Source: Pseudomonadota bacterium
GTDB lineage: Bacteria; Pseudomonadota; Gammaproteobacteria; Burkholderiales; Burkholderiaceae_C
Length of the DNA stretch: 64,000 bases
Direction of reading: 5' to 3'
Assembly (NCBI GenBank): GCA_020161065.1
Contig: JAIUPH010000027.1
Location: 2,072-66,071 of the forward strand
Shown here: positions 1-9,303 of the stretch, piece after piece
How the letters are laid out: each line of letters starts with the position of its first letter
Numbering within the stretch: the first letter of the stretch is position 1
Notes under the pieces: generated by a model
Seen by the model: the letters and a program-made list of their open reading frames with translations, nothing else
Databases searched by the model: none
Told to the model about the DNA's origin: nothing
Made by a program: the position numbers and the translations under genes

Positions 1-526
1 AGCCGTCGAACTTGATGTTGTCCTTGGCCGTCACGCGGCCCAGCACGCGGCGCGTGCGCTGGCGCAAGGCGGCCACCGCGTCGAAGCGCTGCGCGAAGGC
101 CTGCACCGCGGCGCGCGCGCTGGCCAGCAGCTCGCCGACGTAGCCGTCGCGCACCGCGTCGGTCGCGCTGCGGCGGCGCTCGATCTCGGTCAGCCGGTGC
201 TGCAAGGCGTCGATCAGCAGGCCGCGGCGCTTGGCGCTGGCCAGCAGGTCGTCTTCGAGATACGGGTTGCGCTGCACGACCCAGATGTCGCCCAGCACTT
301 CGTACAGCATGCGCGCCGAGCGCCCGGTGCGGCGCTCGTCGCGCAGCAGGTTCAGCAGTTCCCAGGCGCGCGCGCCCAAGAGCCGCAGCACGATCTCGCG
401 GTCGGAGAACGAGGTGTAGTTGTACGGGATCTCGCGCAGCCGCGGGGCCTGCTCGTCGAGGGCGGCCGCGGGGTCGCCGGCGGGGTCGCCGGGGCCCTTC
501 AAGGCGATGGCTTGCGGTGCATTCAT
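1..526 (-). CDS. DUF3683-type protein, N-terminal part only (gene runs off the left edge)
   Basis: Manual reverse translation from the ATG (cat at 524-526) gives [14 protein letters not shown]...[21 protein letters not shown]...[21 protein letters not shown]. The frame is open to position 1. The [14 protein letters not shown]-type N-terminus is recalled from DUF3683 regions of large FAD/Fe-S oxidoreductase-like proteins of Burkholderiales. Confidence 0.6.
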   Translation of the reverse strand, partial: MNAPQAIALKGPGDPAGDPAAALDEQAPRLREIPYNYTSFSDREIVLRLLGARAWELLNLLRDERRTGRSARMLYEVLGDIWVVQRNPYLEDDLLASAKRRGLLIDALQHRLTEIERRRSATDAVRDGYVGELLASARAAVQAFAQRFDAVAALRQRTRRVLGRVTAKDNIKFDG

Positions 527-630
527 GGCGAACCGGCGATCGTATCGCAGTGCAGCATTCGCGCCGCCCACCGCGGCCGTCGGGGCCGGCGGCAGCGGGG
601 TTATCCCCCTTGCCCGGGCTTGCGCTTCCA

Positions 631-650
631 TGACAGAAACCCGGCTGTCA
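631..650. promoter_or_regulatory. Inverted repeat TGACAG-N8-CTGTCA built from two Pho-box-like heptamers, upstream of ugpB
   Basis: ATGACAG at 630-636 and CTGTCAC at 645-651, 54-75 bp upstream of the ugpB ATG at 705. Confidence 0.3.
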
Positions 651-704
651 CGGACGGCCGCCACACTGGCGCGCTCGACCGTCCGCCCATCCAACGGAGC
701 ATTC

Positions 705-2021
705 ATGACCCGCAAGGCTTTTCTTCTCGCCGCCCTCGGCGCCGCCGCCGCCATCAGCGTCGCCGCACCGGCCCACGCCCAGACCGAGATCGTCTGGTGG
801 CATTCGATGAGCGGCCAGCTCGGCGAATGGGTCAACGGCCTGGCCAAGGACTTCAACGGCAAGCAGACGCAGTACAAGGTGACGCCGGTGTTCAAGGGCA
901 CCTACCCCGAGTCGTTCGCCGCCGCGATCGCCGCCTTCCGCGCCGGCAACGCGCCGCACGTGCTGCAGGTCTTCGAGGTCGGCACCGCCAGCATGATGGC
1001 CAGCAAGGGCGCCATCAAGCCGGTGTCCGAGGTCATGCAGATGGGCGGCGCCAAGTTCGACACCTCGGTCTACGTGCCGGCGGTGTCGGGCTACTACACC
1101 GCGCCCAACGGGCAGATGCTGAGCCTGCCGTTCAACAGCTCGACCACGGTGCTGCACTACAACAAGGACGCCTTCAAGGCCGCCGGGCTGGATCCCGAGG
1201 CGCCGCCCAAGACCTGGCCCGAGCTGACGCTGGCCGCTGCCAAGCTGAAGGCCAGCGGCCACAAGTGCCCGTTCACCACCAGCTGGCAGAGCTGGACGCA
1301 GCTGGAGAGCTTCAGCGCCTGGCACAACGTGGAGTTCGCCACCCAGCGCAACGGCTTCAACGGCCTGAACACGCGGCTGGCGGTGGTCACGCCGCTGCAC
1401 ATCCGCCACATCGAGAACCTGGCCAACATGGCGCAGCAGGGCCTGTTCGTCTACAAGGGCCGCAACAACTCGGCCGACGCCACCTTCGTCTCGGGCGAGT
1501 GCGCGATGGTCACCGGCTCGTCGGCGCTGTACGGCGCGGTCAAGCGCAACTCCAAGTTCACCGGCGGCATCAGCACCCTGCCCTATTACCCCGACGTGGC
1601 CGGCGCGCCGCAGAACACGGTGATCGGCGGCGCCAGCCTGTGGGTGATGAGCGGCAAGAAGCCCGACGAATACAAGGGCGTGGCGGCGTTCTTCAAGTAC
1701 CTGTCGGACGCCAACGTGCAGGCCAAGAGCCACCAGGAGACCGGCTACCTGCCGATCACCACCGCGGCGTTCAAGCTGACCGAGGACTCGGGCTTCTACA
1801 AGGCCAACCCGGGCACCGACGTCGCCGTGACGCAGATGATCCGCAAGACCACCGACAAGTCGCGCGGCATCCGGCTGGGCAACTTCGTGCAGATCCGCAC
1901 CATCATCGACGAAGAGCTGGAACAGGTGTGGGCCGGCAAGCACAGCGCGAGAGACGGCCTGGTCGCGCTGAAGAAGCGCAGCGACGAGCAACTGGAGCGC
2001 TTCGAAAAGGCCAACAAGTAA
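705..2021 (+). CDS. ugpB: sn-glycerol-3-phosphate ABC transporter substrate-binding protein
   Basis: Internal ATG of ORF 420..2021 gives [26 protein letters not shown] (signal peptide) then [11 protein letters not shown]...; 438 aa. First gene of a ugpBAEC-Q order. Confidence 0.93.
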   Translation: MTRKAFLLAALGAAAAISVAAPAHAQTEIVWWHSMSGQLGEWVNGLAKDFNGKQTQYKVTPVFKGTYPESFAAAIAAFRAGNAPHVLQVFEVGTASMMASKGAIKPVSEVMQMGGAKFDTSVYVPAVSGYYTAPNGQMLSLPFNSSTTVLHYNKDAFKAAGLDPEAPPKTWPELTLAAAKLKASGHKCPFTTSWQSWTQLESFSAWHNVEFATQRNGFNGLNTRLAVVTPLHIRHIENLANMAQQGLFVYKGRNNSADATFVSGECAMVTGSSALYGAVKRNSKFTGGISTLPYYPDVAGAPQNTVIGGASLWVMSGKKPDEYKGVAAFFKYLSDANVQAKSHQETGYLPITTAAFKLTEDSGFYKANPGTDVAVTQMIRKTTDKSRGIRLGNFVQIRTIIDEELEQVWAGKHSARDGLVALKKRSDEQLERFEKANK

Positions 2022-2031
2022 GCGCCGCGCC

Positions 2032-2919
2032 TTGACCGTCGAAAAGCGCGTCCGCTTCAAGAGCTGGTGGCTGCCCTGGGTGCTGGTGGCACCCCAGATG
2101 GCCATCGTGCTGGTGTTCTTCTTCTGGCCGGCCGGCCAGGCGCTGTTCTACAGCGTGCTGCAGCAGGACGCCTTCGGCACCAGCAGCGAGTTCGTGGGCC
2201 TTGAGAACTTCAGGACCCTGTTCGCCGACGAGACCTACATCGCCTCGTTCAAGACGACGGCGGTGTTCTCGCTGCTGGTGGCCGGCATCGGGCTCTTGCT
2301 GTCGATGATGCTGGCGGTGATGGCCGACCGCGTGGTGCGCGGCGCGGCCGTCTACAAGACGCTGCTGATCTGGCCCTACGCGGTGGCGCCGGTGGTGGCC
2401 GGGGTGCTGTGGCTGTTCATGTTCGCGCCGTCGATCGGCGTCGTCAGCTACGCGCTGCGCGCCGCCGGCATCGAGTGGGACCACCTGCTCAACGGCACGC
2501 ACGCGATGATCCTCATCGTGCTGGCCGCCGTGTGGAAGCAGGTGTCGTACAACTTCCTGTTCTTCCTGGCCGGGCTGCAATCCATCCCCAAGAGCCTGGT
2601 GGAGGCCGCGGCGATCGACGGCGCCGGGCCCTGGCGGCGCTTCTGGACCGTGCAGTTCCCGCTGCTTACGCCGACCACCTTCTTCCTGCTGGTGATCAAC
2701 ATCGTCTACGCCTTCTTCGACACCTTCGCCATCGTCGACGCCGCCACCTCGGGCGGGCCGGGCAAGGACACCGCGATCCTCGTCTACAAGGTCTACTTCG
2801 ATGGCTTCAAGGCCATGGACCTGGGCGGCTCGGCGGCGCAGTCGGTGGTGCTGATGGTGATCGTCATCGCGCTCACGGTCATCCAGTTCCGCTACGTCGA
2901 GAAGAAGGTGAACTACTGA
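2032..2919 (+). CDS. ugpA: sn-glycerol-3-phosphate ABC transporter permease
   Basis: 295 aa with a TTG start. The N-terminus [32 protein letters not shown] aligns with the E. coli UgpA N-terminus. Multi-pass membrane protein. Confidence 0.9.
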   Translation: MTVEKRVRFKSWWLPWVLVAPQMAIVLVFFFWPAGQALFYSVLQQDAFGTSSEFVGLENFRTLFADETYIASFKTTAVFSLLVAGIGLLLSMMLAVMADRVVRGAAVYKTLLIWPYAVAPVVAGVLWLFMFAPSIGVVSYALRAAGIEWDHLLNGTHAMILIVLAAVWKQVSYNFLFFLAGLQSIPKSLVEAAAIDGAGPWRRFWTVQFPLLTPTTFFLLVINIVYAFFDTFAIVDAATSGGPGKDTAILVYKVYFDGFKAMDLGGSAAQSVVLMVIVIALTVIQFRYVEKKVNY

Positions 2920-3776
2920 TGGTCGAGAACCGCCCGCTGGCGACCACGCTCTCGCACCTGGTGCTGGTGCTGGGCGTGATCATCGTCGCCTTCCCCGTCT
3001 ACGTCACCTTCGTGGCCAGCACGCATACGGCCGAAGAGATCGTGCGCAACGTGCCGATGCCGCTGGTGCCCGGCAGCAACATCGTCGAAAGCTACAAGCT
3101 GGCGCTGCTGGGCGGGCAGACGGCCTACGGCAGCACCATCCCGCCGGTGGCGCCGATGATGGTCGTCAGCCTGGTCAGCGCGCTGGTCATCGCCATCGGC
3201 AAGATCGCCATCTCGCTGCTCTCGGCCTTCGCGGTGGTGTACTTCCGCTTTCCCGGCCGCAGCCTGGTGTTCTGGATGATCTTCGTGACGCTGATGCTGC
3301 CGGTGGAAGTGCGCATCCTGCCGACCTACAAGATCGTCTCCGACCTCGGCATGCTCAACACCTATGCCGGGCTGACGGTGCCGCTGATCGCCTCGGCCAC
3401 CGCCACCTTTTTGTTCCGCCAGTTCTTCCTGACCGTGCCCGACGAACTGGTGGAGGCCGCGCGCATCGACGGCGCCGGCCCGATGCGCTTCTTCAAGGAC
3501 GTGCTGCTGCCGCTGTCGCGCACCTCGATCGCGGCGCTGTTCGTCATCCAGTTCATCTACGGCTGGAACCAGTACCTGTGGCCGCTGCTGGTGACCACCA
3601 GCGAAGACATGTACCCGGTGGTGATGGGCATCAAGCGCATGATCAGCGGCGGCGACGCCGCCACCGAATGGAACGCGGTGATGGCCACCGCGATGCTGGC
3701 GATGATCCCGCCGGCGCTGGTGGTGCTGCTGATGCAAAAGCAGTTCGTCAAGGGCCTGGTGGACACCGAGAAATAA
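2919..3776 (+). CDS. ugpE: sn-glycerol-3-phosphate ABC transporter permease
   Basis: ATG at 2919 overlaps the ugpA TGA by 1 nt. [28 protein letters not shown]...; contains an EAA-type loop ([14 protein letters not shown]). 285 aa. Confidence 0.9.
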   Translation: MVENRPLATTLSHLVLVLGVIIVAFPVYVTFVASTHTAEEIVRNVPMPLVPGSNIVESYKLALLGGQTAYGSTIPPVAPMMVVSLVSALVIAIGKIAISLLSAFAVVYFRFPGRSLVFWMIFVTLMLPVEVRILPTYKIVSDLGMLNTYAGLTVPLIASATATFLFRQFFLTVPDELVEAARIDGAGPMRFFKDVLLPLSRTSIAALFVIQFIYGWNQYLWPLLVTTSEDMYPVVMGIKRMISGGDAATEWNAVMATAMLAMIPPALVVLLMQKQFVKGLVDTEK

Positions 3777-3778
3777 GC

Positions 3779-4864
3779 ATGGGCGCGATTTCGCTGCGAG
3801 CGGTCGAGAAGACCTACGGCCACGGCGCCAAGGCCGTGAAGGTGATCCACGGCGTCGGCGCCGAGATCGCCGACGGCGAGTTCATCGTCATCGTCGGCCC
3901 CAGCGGCTGCGGCAAGAGCACGCTGCTGCGCATGGTGGCCGGGCTGGAAGAGATCAGCGGCGGCGAGATCGCGATCGGCGGCCGCGTCGTCAACCAGCTG
4001 GAACCGGCCGAGCGCGACATCGCGATGGTGTTCCAGAACTACGCGCTGTATCCGCACATGACGGTCTACGACAACATGGCCTACGGCCTGAAGATCGCCA
4101 AGCGGTCGAAGGACGAGATCGAGCAGCGCGTGCAGAAGGCGGCCAAGATCCTGGAACTGGGCGGGCTGCTGCAGCGCACGCCGCGGCAGCTATCCGGCGG
4201 CCAGCGCCAGCGCGTGGCGATGGGGCGCGCCATCGTGCGCCAGCCGCAGGTCTTTCTGTTCGACGAGCCGCTGTCCAACCTGGACGCCAAACTGCGCGCA
4301 CAGACGCGGCTGGAGATCCAGAAGCTGCACCGCGAACTGGGCGTCACCTCGCTGTTCGTCACCCACGACCAGGTGGAGGCGATGACGCTGGCGCAGCGCA
4401 TGATCGTGATGAACGCCGGCCGCATCGAGCAGATCGGCACGCCCGAGCAGGTGTACGGCCGCCCGGCGTCGACCTTCGTCGCCGGTTTCATCGGCAGCCC
4501 GCCGATGAATTTGCTGCAAGGGCAGGCCGAGGGCGCGAGCTTTCGCATCGGCAACGCCAGCCTGCCGCTGCCGGCGGCCGCGCCGCGCGGCGGGCCGCTG
4601 CTGCTGGGCCTGCGGCCCGAGCACGCGGGCCTGGGCCGCGACGGCGAAGGCTGGCCGCTGCAGGTGGAGATGATCGAGATGCTGGGCGCCGAGCGGCTGG
4701 TCTACGGCCGCCTGGGCGACGCCGCGTTCACGCTGCGCATCGACGGCACGCTGCCGGCGCCGCGCATCGGCGACACCGTGCGGCTGCAGGTGCCGGCGTC
4801 GCAACTGCACTGGTTCGATGTCGGCAGCGGCCGGCGCGTGGGCGCCGAAGGAGCCGCGGCTTGA
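3779..4864 (+). CDS. ugpC: sn-glycerol-3-phosphate ABC transporter ATP-binding protein
   Basis: [16 protein letters not shown]...; Walker [13 protein letters not shown] signature LSGGQRQRV, Walker B FLFDEPLS. 361 aa. Confidence 0.93.
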   Translation: MGAISLRAVEKTYGHGAKAVKVIHGVGAEIADGEFIVIVGPSGCGKSTLLRMVAGLEEISGGEIAIGGRVVNQLEPAERDIAMVFQNYALYPHMTVYDNMAYGLKIAKRSKDEIEQRVQKAAKILELGGLLQRTPRQLSGGQRQRVAMGRAIVRQPQVFLFDEPLSNLDAKLRAQTRLEIQKLHRELGVTSLFVTHDQVEAMTLAQRMIVMNAGRIEQIGTPEQVYGRPASTFVAGFIGSPPMNLLQGQAEGASFRIGNASLPLPAAAPRGGPLLLGLRPEHAGLGRDGEGWPLQVEMIEMLGAERLVYGRLGDAAFTLRIDGTLPAPRIGDTVRLQVPASQLHWFDVGSGRRVGAEGAAA

Positions 4865-5601
4865 AGCCCTGGCCGTTGCCGCGCTGGATTGCCCACCGCG
4901 GCGCCGGCACGCTGGCGCCGGAGAACACGCTGGCCGCCTTCCGCCTGGGCGCGCAGCACGGCTATCGCGCCTTCGAATGCGACGTCAAGCTCAGCGCCGA
5001 CGGCCAGGCCTTCCTGCTGCACGACGCGACGCTGGAGCGCACGACCAACGGCCACGGCACGGCGGGCGAGTTGCCGTGGGCCGAGCTCTCGCGCCTGGAT
5101 GCGGGCAGCTGGCAGGGCCCGCGCTACGCCGGCGAGCCGCTGCCGACGCTGGACGCGCTGGCCACCTGGCTGCGCCGCAACGGCTTGGCGCTGGACCTGG
5201 AGATCAAGCCGACGCCCCAGCACGAAGAAGCCACCGGCGCCGCCGTGGCGCACGCGGTGCGGCGGCTGTGGGCCGGTGCCGCGCAGCCGCCGGTGCTCAG
5301 CTCCTTCCGCCCCGAGGCGCTGCTCGCCGCGCAGGCGGTGGCCCCCGAACTGCCGCGCGCGCTGCTGCTCGACGAGCTGTGGCCCGGCTGGCAGGGCGTG
5401 GCGCAGGCGCTGGACTGCCATGCGGTCGTCACCAACCACCGGCTGATGGACGCCGCGCTGCTGGCCGAACTGCATGGTCGGCACTGGCGCGCGCTGTGCT
5501 ACACGGTCAACGACGAAGCCGACGCCCAACGTCTGATCGCACTCGGCATCGACGGCCTGATCACCGACGCGGTGGACCGCTTTGCGCCGGCGTTAGCTTG
5601 A
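4861..5601 (+). CDS. ugpQ: glycerophosphodiester phosphodiesterase
   Basis: The TTG start overlaps the ugpC stop by 4 nt. [27 protein letters not shown]...[10 protein letters not shown] (GDPD-family motifs). 246 aa. Confidence 0.9.
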   Translation: MKPWPLPRWIAHRGAGTLAPENTLAAFRLGAQHGYRAFECDVKLSADGQAFLLHDATLERTTNGHGTAGELPWAELSRLDAGSWQGPRYAGEPLPTLDALATWLRRNGLALDLEIKPTPQHEEATGAAVAHAVRRLWAGAAQPPVLSSFRPEALLAAQAVAPELPRALLLDELWPGWQGVAQALDCHAVVTNHRLMDAALLAELHGRHWRALCYTVNDEADAQRLIALGIDGLITDAVDRFAPALA

Positions 5602-5611
5602 GGGCGACGCC

Positions 5612-6922
5612 TCACCCCAGCGCCGTCCACTCCGACTCCACCTCCTCCAGCCCCGGCTCGCACTCGGGCCTGGGCAGGGCCTTCAGGCCGCGGATGATGG
5701 GCAGCTGCCAGGCCACCGCGGCCAGCAGCAGCGAGACGCCGGCGGCGAAGCCCAGCGCGGCGCGCAGGCCGACGTGCTCGCCAAGCCAGCCGCCGAGCAG
5801 CGAGCCGGCGGGCGCGGCCACCAGCGACAACCAGCGCATCGTGCTGGTCATGCGGCCCAGCAGCGGCTCGGGCGTGGCGGCCTGGCGCAGCGCCAGGAAG
5901 TTGATGAAGATGAAGACCGCGCCCATCGTGAACATCGCCATCATCAGCGCGAAAGCGGCCACGCCCCAGCCGTTGGCCGGCGCCAGCGCCGGCAGCAGCC
6001 AGCCGCAGCCGGTGATCACGTAGCCCAGCACCAGGCAGGGCCCGGGGCCGATGCGGTGGCTGATGCGGCGGCCCCAGATGCTGCCGCTGATGGTGCCCAC
6101 GCCCATGCCCATGTAGCACAGGCCGACGGTCTGCTCCGACAGGCCCAGCGTGCGCGTGGCCACGAGGATCTGCACCACCAGCGCCGCGTAGTGCGCCATC
6201 TGCCAGACGGCCATCAGCGCGGCCAGCACCACCAGCAGCCGCGTGCGCGCCACGAAGCGCAGGCCGGCCACCAGGTCGCGCCAGAAGTTGGCGGCGGCGT
6301 CGACGCGCACTTCTTCGCGCACGTGTACGCCGCGCAGGATCCAGGCCGAGCCCAGCAGCAGCGCGGCGTTGACCAGCATGGTCCACGGCGCGCCGAACAG
6401 CTTGATCAAAAAGCCCGCGAAGCCGGGCCCCGCGACCTCGGCGCCCGAGGTGGCGAGCGCGTTCTTGGCGTGCGCTTCCACCAGGCGCCGGCGCGGCACC
6501 ACCTGGGTCAGCACGATCTGCGCCGCACTGCCCGAGACGGCGTGCACCGCGCCGACGATGAAGCCCACCGCGTACAGCCAGCCCATGCTCAGGATGCCGG
6601 CCAGCCAGGCCACGGTGACGCTGGCCGCGGCCAGGCCGACCAGCAGTTCGCCGGCCACGTAGACCGGCAGCTTGCGCACGCGGTCCAGCCAGACGCCGGC
6701 CGGCAGCGACAGCAGCAGAAAGGGCGACAGCTCGATCGCGGTGAGCGTTCCCATCTGCGTGGGGCTGGCCTTCAGCAGCACGGCCGCGGTCAGCGGCAGC
6801 GCCAGCAGCATGACCTGGCCGCCGAACGACGCGGTCAGGATCGACAGCCACAGCCGGCCGTAGGTGCGGTCGCGCCAGAGGTCGCCCTCGGGCAGCCGGC
6901 GCAACAGCGTTTGCAGGGCCAA
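5612..6922 (-). CDS. MFS transporter
   Basis: 436 aa with about 12 hydrophobic segments. The TTG start lies 13 nt after the argJ stop and is uncertain. Confidence 0.8.
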   Translation of the reverse strand: MALQTLLRRLPEGDLWRDRTYGRLWLSILTASFGGQVMLLALPLTAAVLLKASPTQMGTLTAIELSPFLLLSLPAGVWLDRVRKLPVYVAGELLVGLAAASVTVAWLAGILSMGWLYAVGFIVGAVHAVSGSAAQIVLTQVVPRRRLVEAHAKNALATSGAEVAGPGFAGFLIKLFGAPWTMLVNAALLLGSAWILRGVHVREEVRVDAAANFWRDLVAGLRFVARTRLLVVLAALMAVWQMAHYAALVVQILVATRTLGLSEQTVGLCYMGMGVGTISGSIWGRRISHRIGPGPCLVLGYVITGCGWLLPALAPANGWGVAAFALMMAMFTMGAVFIFINFLALRQAATPEPLLGRMTSTMRWLSLVAAPAGSLLGGWLGEHVGLRAALGFAAGVSLLLAAVAWQLPIIRGLKALPRPECEPGLEEVESEWTALG

Positions 6923-6935
6923 AGGCGGCGGTCGC

Positions 6936-8171
6936 TCAGGAACGGTAGTCGGCGTTGATCGACACGTAGTCGTGCGAGAGGTCGCAGGTCCAGACCTCGG
7001 CGCTGGCCGCGCCGCGGTGCAGGTTCACGCGCACCAGGATCTCGGCCTGCTTCATCACGCGCTGGCCGTCTTCCTCGCGGTACTCGGGGCGGCGGCCGCC
7101 GCGCTGCACCACGTGGACGTCGTCGAGGTGCAGGTCGATCAGGCCCTGGTCGAGGTCGTCGATGCCGGCATAGCCCACCGCGGCCAGGATGCGGCCGAGG
7201 TTGGGGTCGCTGGCGAAGAACGCGGTCTTGACCAGCGGCGAATGGGCGATCGCGTAGGCGGCCTTGCGGCACTCGGCCTCGTCGCGGCCGCCGTCCACGC
7301 GCACGGTGATGAACTTGGTGGCGCCTTCGCCGTCGCGGATGATGGCTTGCGCCAGCCGGCGCGAGACCTCGATCACCGCGTCGGCCAGCGCGCGGCCGGC
7401 CGGCGATCCGAGGTCGGTGATCGGCGCATGCCCGGCCTGCTGCGTGGCCACCAGGATGAATGAATCGTTGGTCGAGGTGTCGCCGTCGATGGTGATGCGG
7501 TTGAAGCTCTCGTCGGCGGCCTCTTTCACCAGCGCCTGCAGCAGGCCCGGCGCGACGACGGCATCGGTGGCCACGAAGCCCAGCATGGTGGCCATGTTGG
7601 GGCGGATCATCCCGGCGCCTTTGCTGATGCCGGTGACGCTGACGCTGCGGCCGTCGACCTGGATCTGCAGCGACGCCGCCTTGGGCACGGTGTCGGTGGT
7701 CATGATGCCTTCGGCCGCTTCGGCCCAATGGTCGGCCGCCAGGTCGGCCACGGCGGCGGGCAGGCCAGCCTCGATGCGCTCGATGGGCAGCGTCTCCATG
7801 ATCACGCCGGTGGAAAACGGCAGTACCTGGCGCGGCTGCAGGCTCAAACGCGCGGCCACCGCATCGCAGCTGCGGCGCGCGCGCGCCAGGCCATCGGCGC
7901 CGGTGCCGGCGTTGGCGTTGCCGGTGTTGACCAGCAGCGCGCGGATGCCGTCGCCGCCGCCCGCGGCCAGGTGCTCGCGGCACAACTGCACCGGCGCCGC
8001 GCAGAAGCGGTTGGTGGTGAACACGCCGGCCACCGCGGCGCCTTCGTCCAGCGCGAACAGCACCAGGTCGCGCCGGTTGGGCTTGCGCACGCCGGCCTTG
8101 GCGGTGCCGATGCGCAGGCCGCGGACGGGGTGCAGTTGACTCGGGTCGATGGCGTTCAGGTTGACGGGCAT
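6936..8171 (-). CDS. argJ: bifunctional glutamate N-acetyltransferase / amino-acid acetyltransferase
   Basis: 411 aa. Conserved ArgJ sequence including the self-cleavage region ...[11 protein letters not shown]... and the C-terminal [10 protein letters not shown]. Confidence 0.95.
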   Translation of the reverse strand: MPVNLNAIDPSQLHPVRGLRIGTAKAGVRKPNRRDLVLFALDEGAAVAGVFTTNRFCAAPVQLCREHLAAGGGDGIRALLVNTGNANAGTGADGLARARRSCDAVAARLSLQPRQVLPFSTGVIMETLPIERIEAGLPAAVADLAADHWAEAAEGIMTTDTVPKAASLQIQVDGRSVSVTGISKGAGMIRPNMATMLGFVATDAVVAPGLLQALVKEAADESFNRITIDGDTSTNDSFILVATQQAGHAPITDLGSPAGRALADAVIEVSRRLAQAIIRDGEGATKFITVRVDGGRDEAECRKAAYAIAHSPLVKTAFFASDPNLGRILAAVGYAGIDDLDQGLIDLHLDDVHVVQRGGRRPEYREEDGQRVMKQAEILVRVNLHRGAASAEVWTCDLSHDYVSINADYRS

Positions 8172-8257
8172 GAGAAATAGTCGATGCGAAAGGAATGGGG
8201 AATGGCGGGCCGGCCGGCGCCATGGCGGCGCGGCAAGCCGCTGCCGGGCCGGGGGTG

Positions 8258-8267
8258 ATCAATTGAT
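8258..8267. promoter_or_regulatory. 10-bp perfect palindrome ATCAATTGAT in the argJ / PEP-CTERM divergent intergenic region
   Basis: Read directly from the sequence. It lies in a locally AT-richer 353-bp non-coding gap. Confidence 0.3.
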
Positions 8268-8354
8268 TGTAGGAAGGCTGCAACGCACCCCCTGGACCGC
8301 GGGGGCCGATCGACCGCTTCCCCGGGTTTGCGTGAAGCAAGTCGGTGTTCTTGT

Positions 8355-8385
8355 ATCACTACAGTCGATGCCCTGTCACAGTGAT
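8355..8385. promoter_or_regulatory. Imperfect inverted repeat ATCACTACAG-N8-CTGTCACAGTGAT upstream of the PEP-CTERM/subtilase operon
   Basis: Outer arms ATCACT (8355-8360) and AGTGAT (8380-8385) are exact. Lies 140-170 bp upstream of the 8525 start. Confidence 0.3.
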
Positions 8386-8524
8386 TCCAGGCTGTTTCAG
8401 GATCGACACGGGCAGGACTCTTGCTTCGCCGCATGGCAGCGGGCGCTGCGCCCCATGTTCGATCCCGGCCGGCCTTCACTGCGCGAGCCGTCATCGACTT
8501 CAACACATGCTTCAAAGGCTGCAC

Positions 8525-9265
8525 ATGCGAACCTTCTTGCGACACTTGGCTGCGGCGCTGACTCTCAGCGCCTGCTTCGGCACGGCACAGGCCAGCCCCG
8601 CGGTGATCGACTTCGACGCCGGTCTCGACACCACGTTCGCGCCGTCCGCGCCGTTCGTGACGAACGGCGATTTCCTGCTCCAGGGCGCCTTCTTCGTGGG
8701 CACCGTTTCCACCAAGGCCGACGCCCTGCCGGGCGATCTGGTCGGCCTCGTGATCGATGGCACCGACGTCGCCAACACCTGCTTCAACCTGACCTGTCCC
8801 GGCAACAACGCCACCAACTTCCTCGCGATGGTCAACGACGGGCTGCCCTGGCTGGGCCGCCTGGACGGCGGTCTGTTCACGATTTCGTCGTTCGACGCCG
8901 CCTTCGTCGCCGCCTCCGGCGCGCCGGTGCCGACCTTCCCGCTGCTGCTGCGCGTCTACGCCTGGGACATCGACGGCAACCTCTACTACGAAGACGTGCT
9001 GCCCAGCGGCCTCAACAACGGCCAGTTGGAATTCAACACCTACACGTTGAGCGACGAGTTCGCCAGCACGCAGTTCGTCGAGGTCGACTTCTACGGCTAC
9101 GCGTGCAACAACGCCGGCACCTGCAACCGCACGTCCAACGCCGCGCAGTTCGCGCTCGACAACATCGCGCTCAACGCCATTCCCGAGCCCGCTTCGCTGG
9201 CACTGGTCGGCCTGGCCGTCGCCGGCCTGGGCGCCGCCCGCCGCCGCCGCGTGAGCGCGGCCTGA
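8525..9265 (+). CDS. PEP-CTERM sorting-domain protein (secreted, Cys-containing)
   Basis: MRTFLRHLAAALTLSACFGTAQA signal peptide. C-terminus FALDNIALNAIPEPASLALVGLAVAGLGAARRRRVSAA is a PEP motif, a TM helix and an Arg cluster. An alternative ATG lies at 8507. Confidence 0.85.
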   Translation: MRTFLRHLAAALTLSACFGTAQASPAVIDFDAGLDTTFAPSAPFVTNGDFLLQGAFFVGTVSTKADALPGDLVGLVIDGTDVANTCFNLTCPGNNATNFLAMVNDGLPWLGRLDGGLFTISSFDAAFVAASGAPVPTFPLLLRVYAWDIDGNLYYEDVLPSGLNNGQLEFNTYTLSDEFASTQFVEVDFYGYACNNAGTCNRTSNAAQFALDNIALNAIPEPASLALVGLAVAGLGAARRRRVSAA

Positions 9266-9303
9266 GTGCCGCCATCGGCATCGACAAGGTCTACGGAGGA
9301 TTC

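Noticed and set aside
197-2105. Long ORFs 197..2035 (+, 612 aa) and 648..2105 (-, 485 aa) overlapping ugpB
   Set aside because: Their composition is Arg/Ala/Gly/Pro/His-rich, typical of off-frame translation of roughly 70% G+C DNA. They fully overlap a frame with clear UgpB sequence and a signal peptide.
8434-8449. Possible sigma-54 promoter TGGCAG-N6-CTGC upstream of the PEP-CTERM gene
   Set aside because: The GG-to-GC spacing is one base longer than the TGGCAC-N5-TTGC consensus, and the -12 element is CTGC rather than TTGC. A similar look upstream of the second PEP-CTERM gene (near 40000) also failed on spacing.
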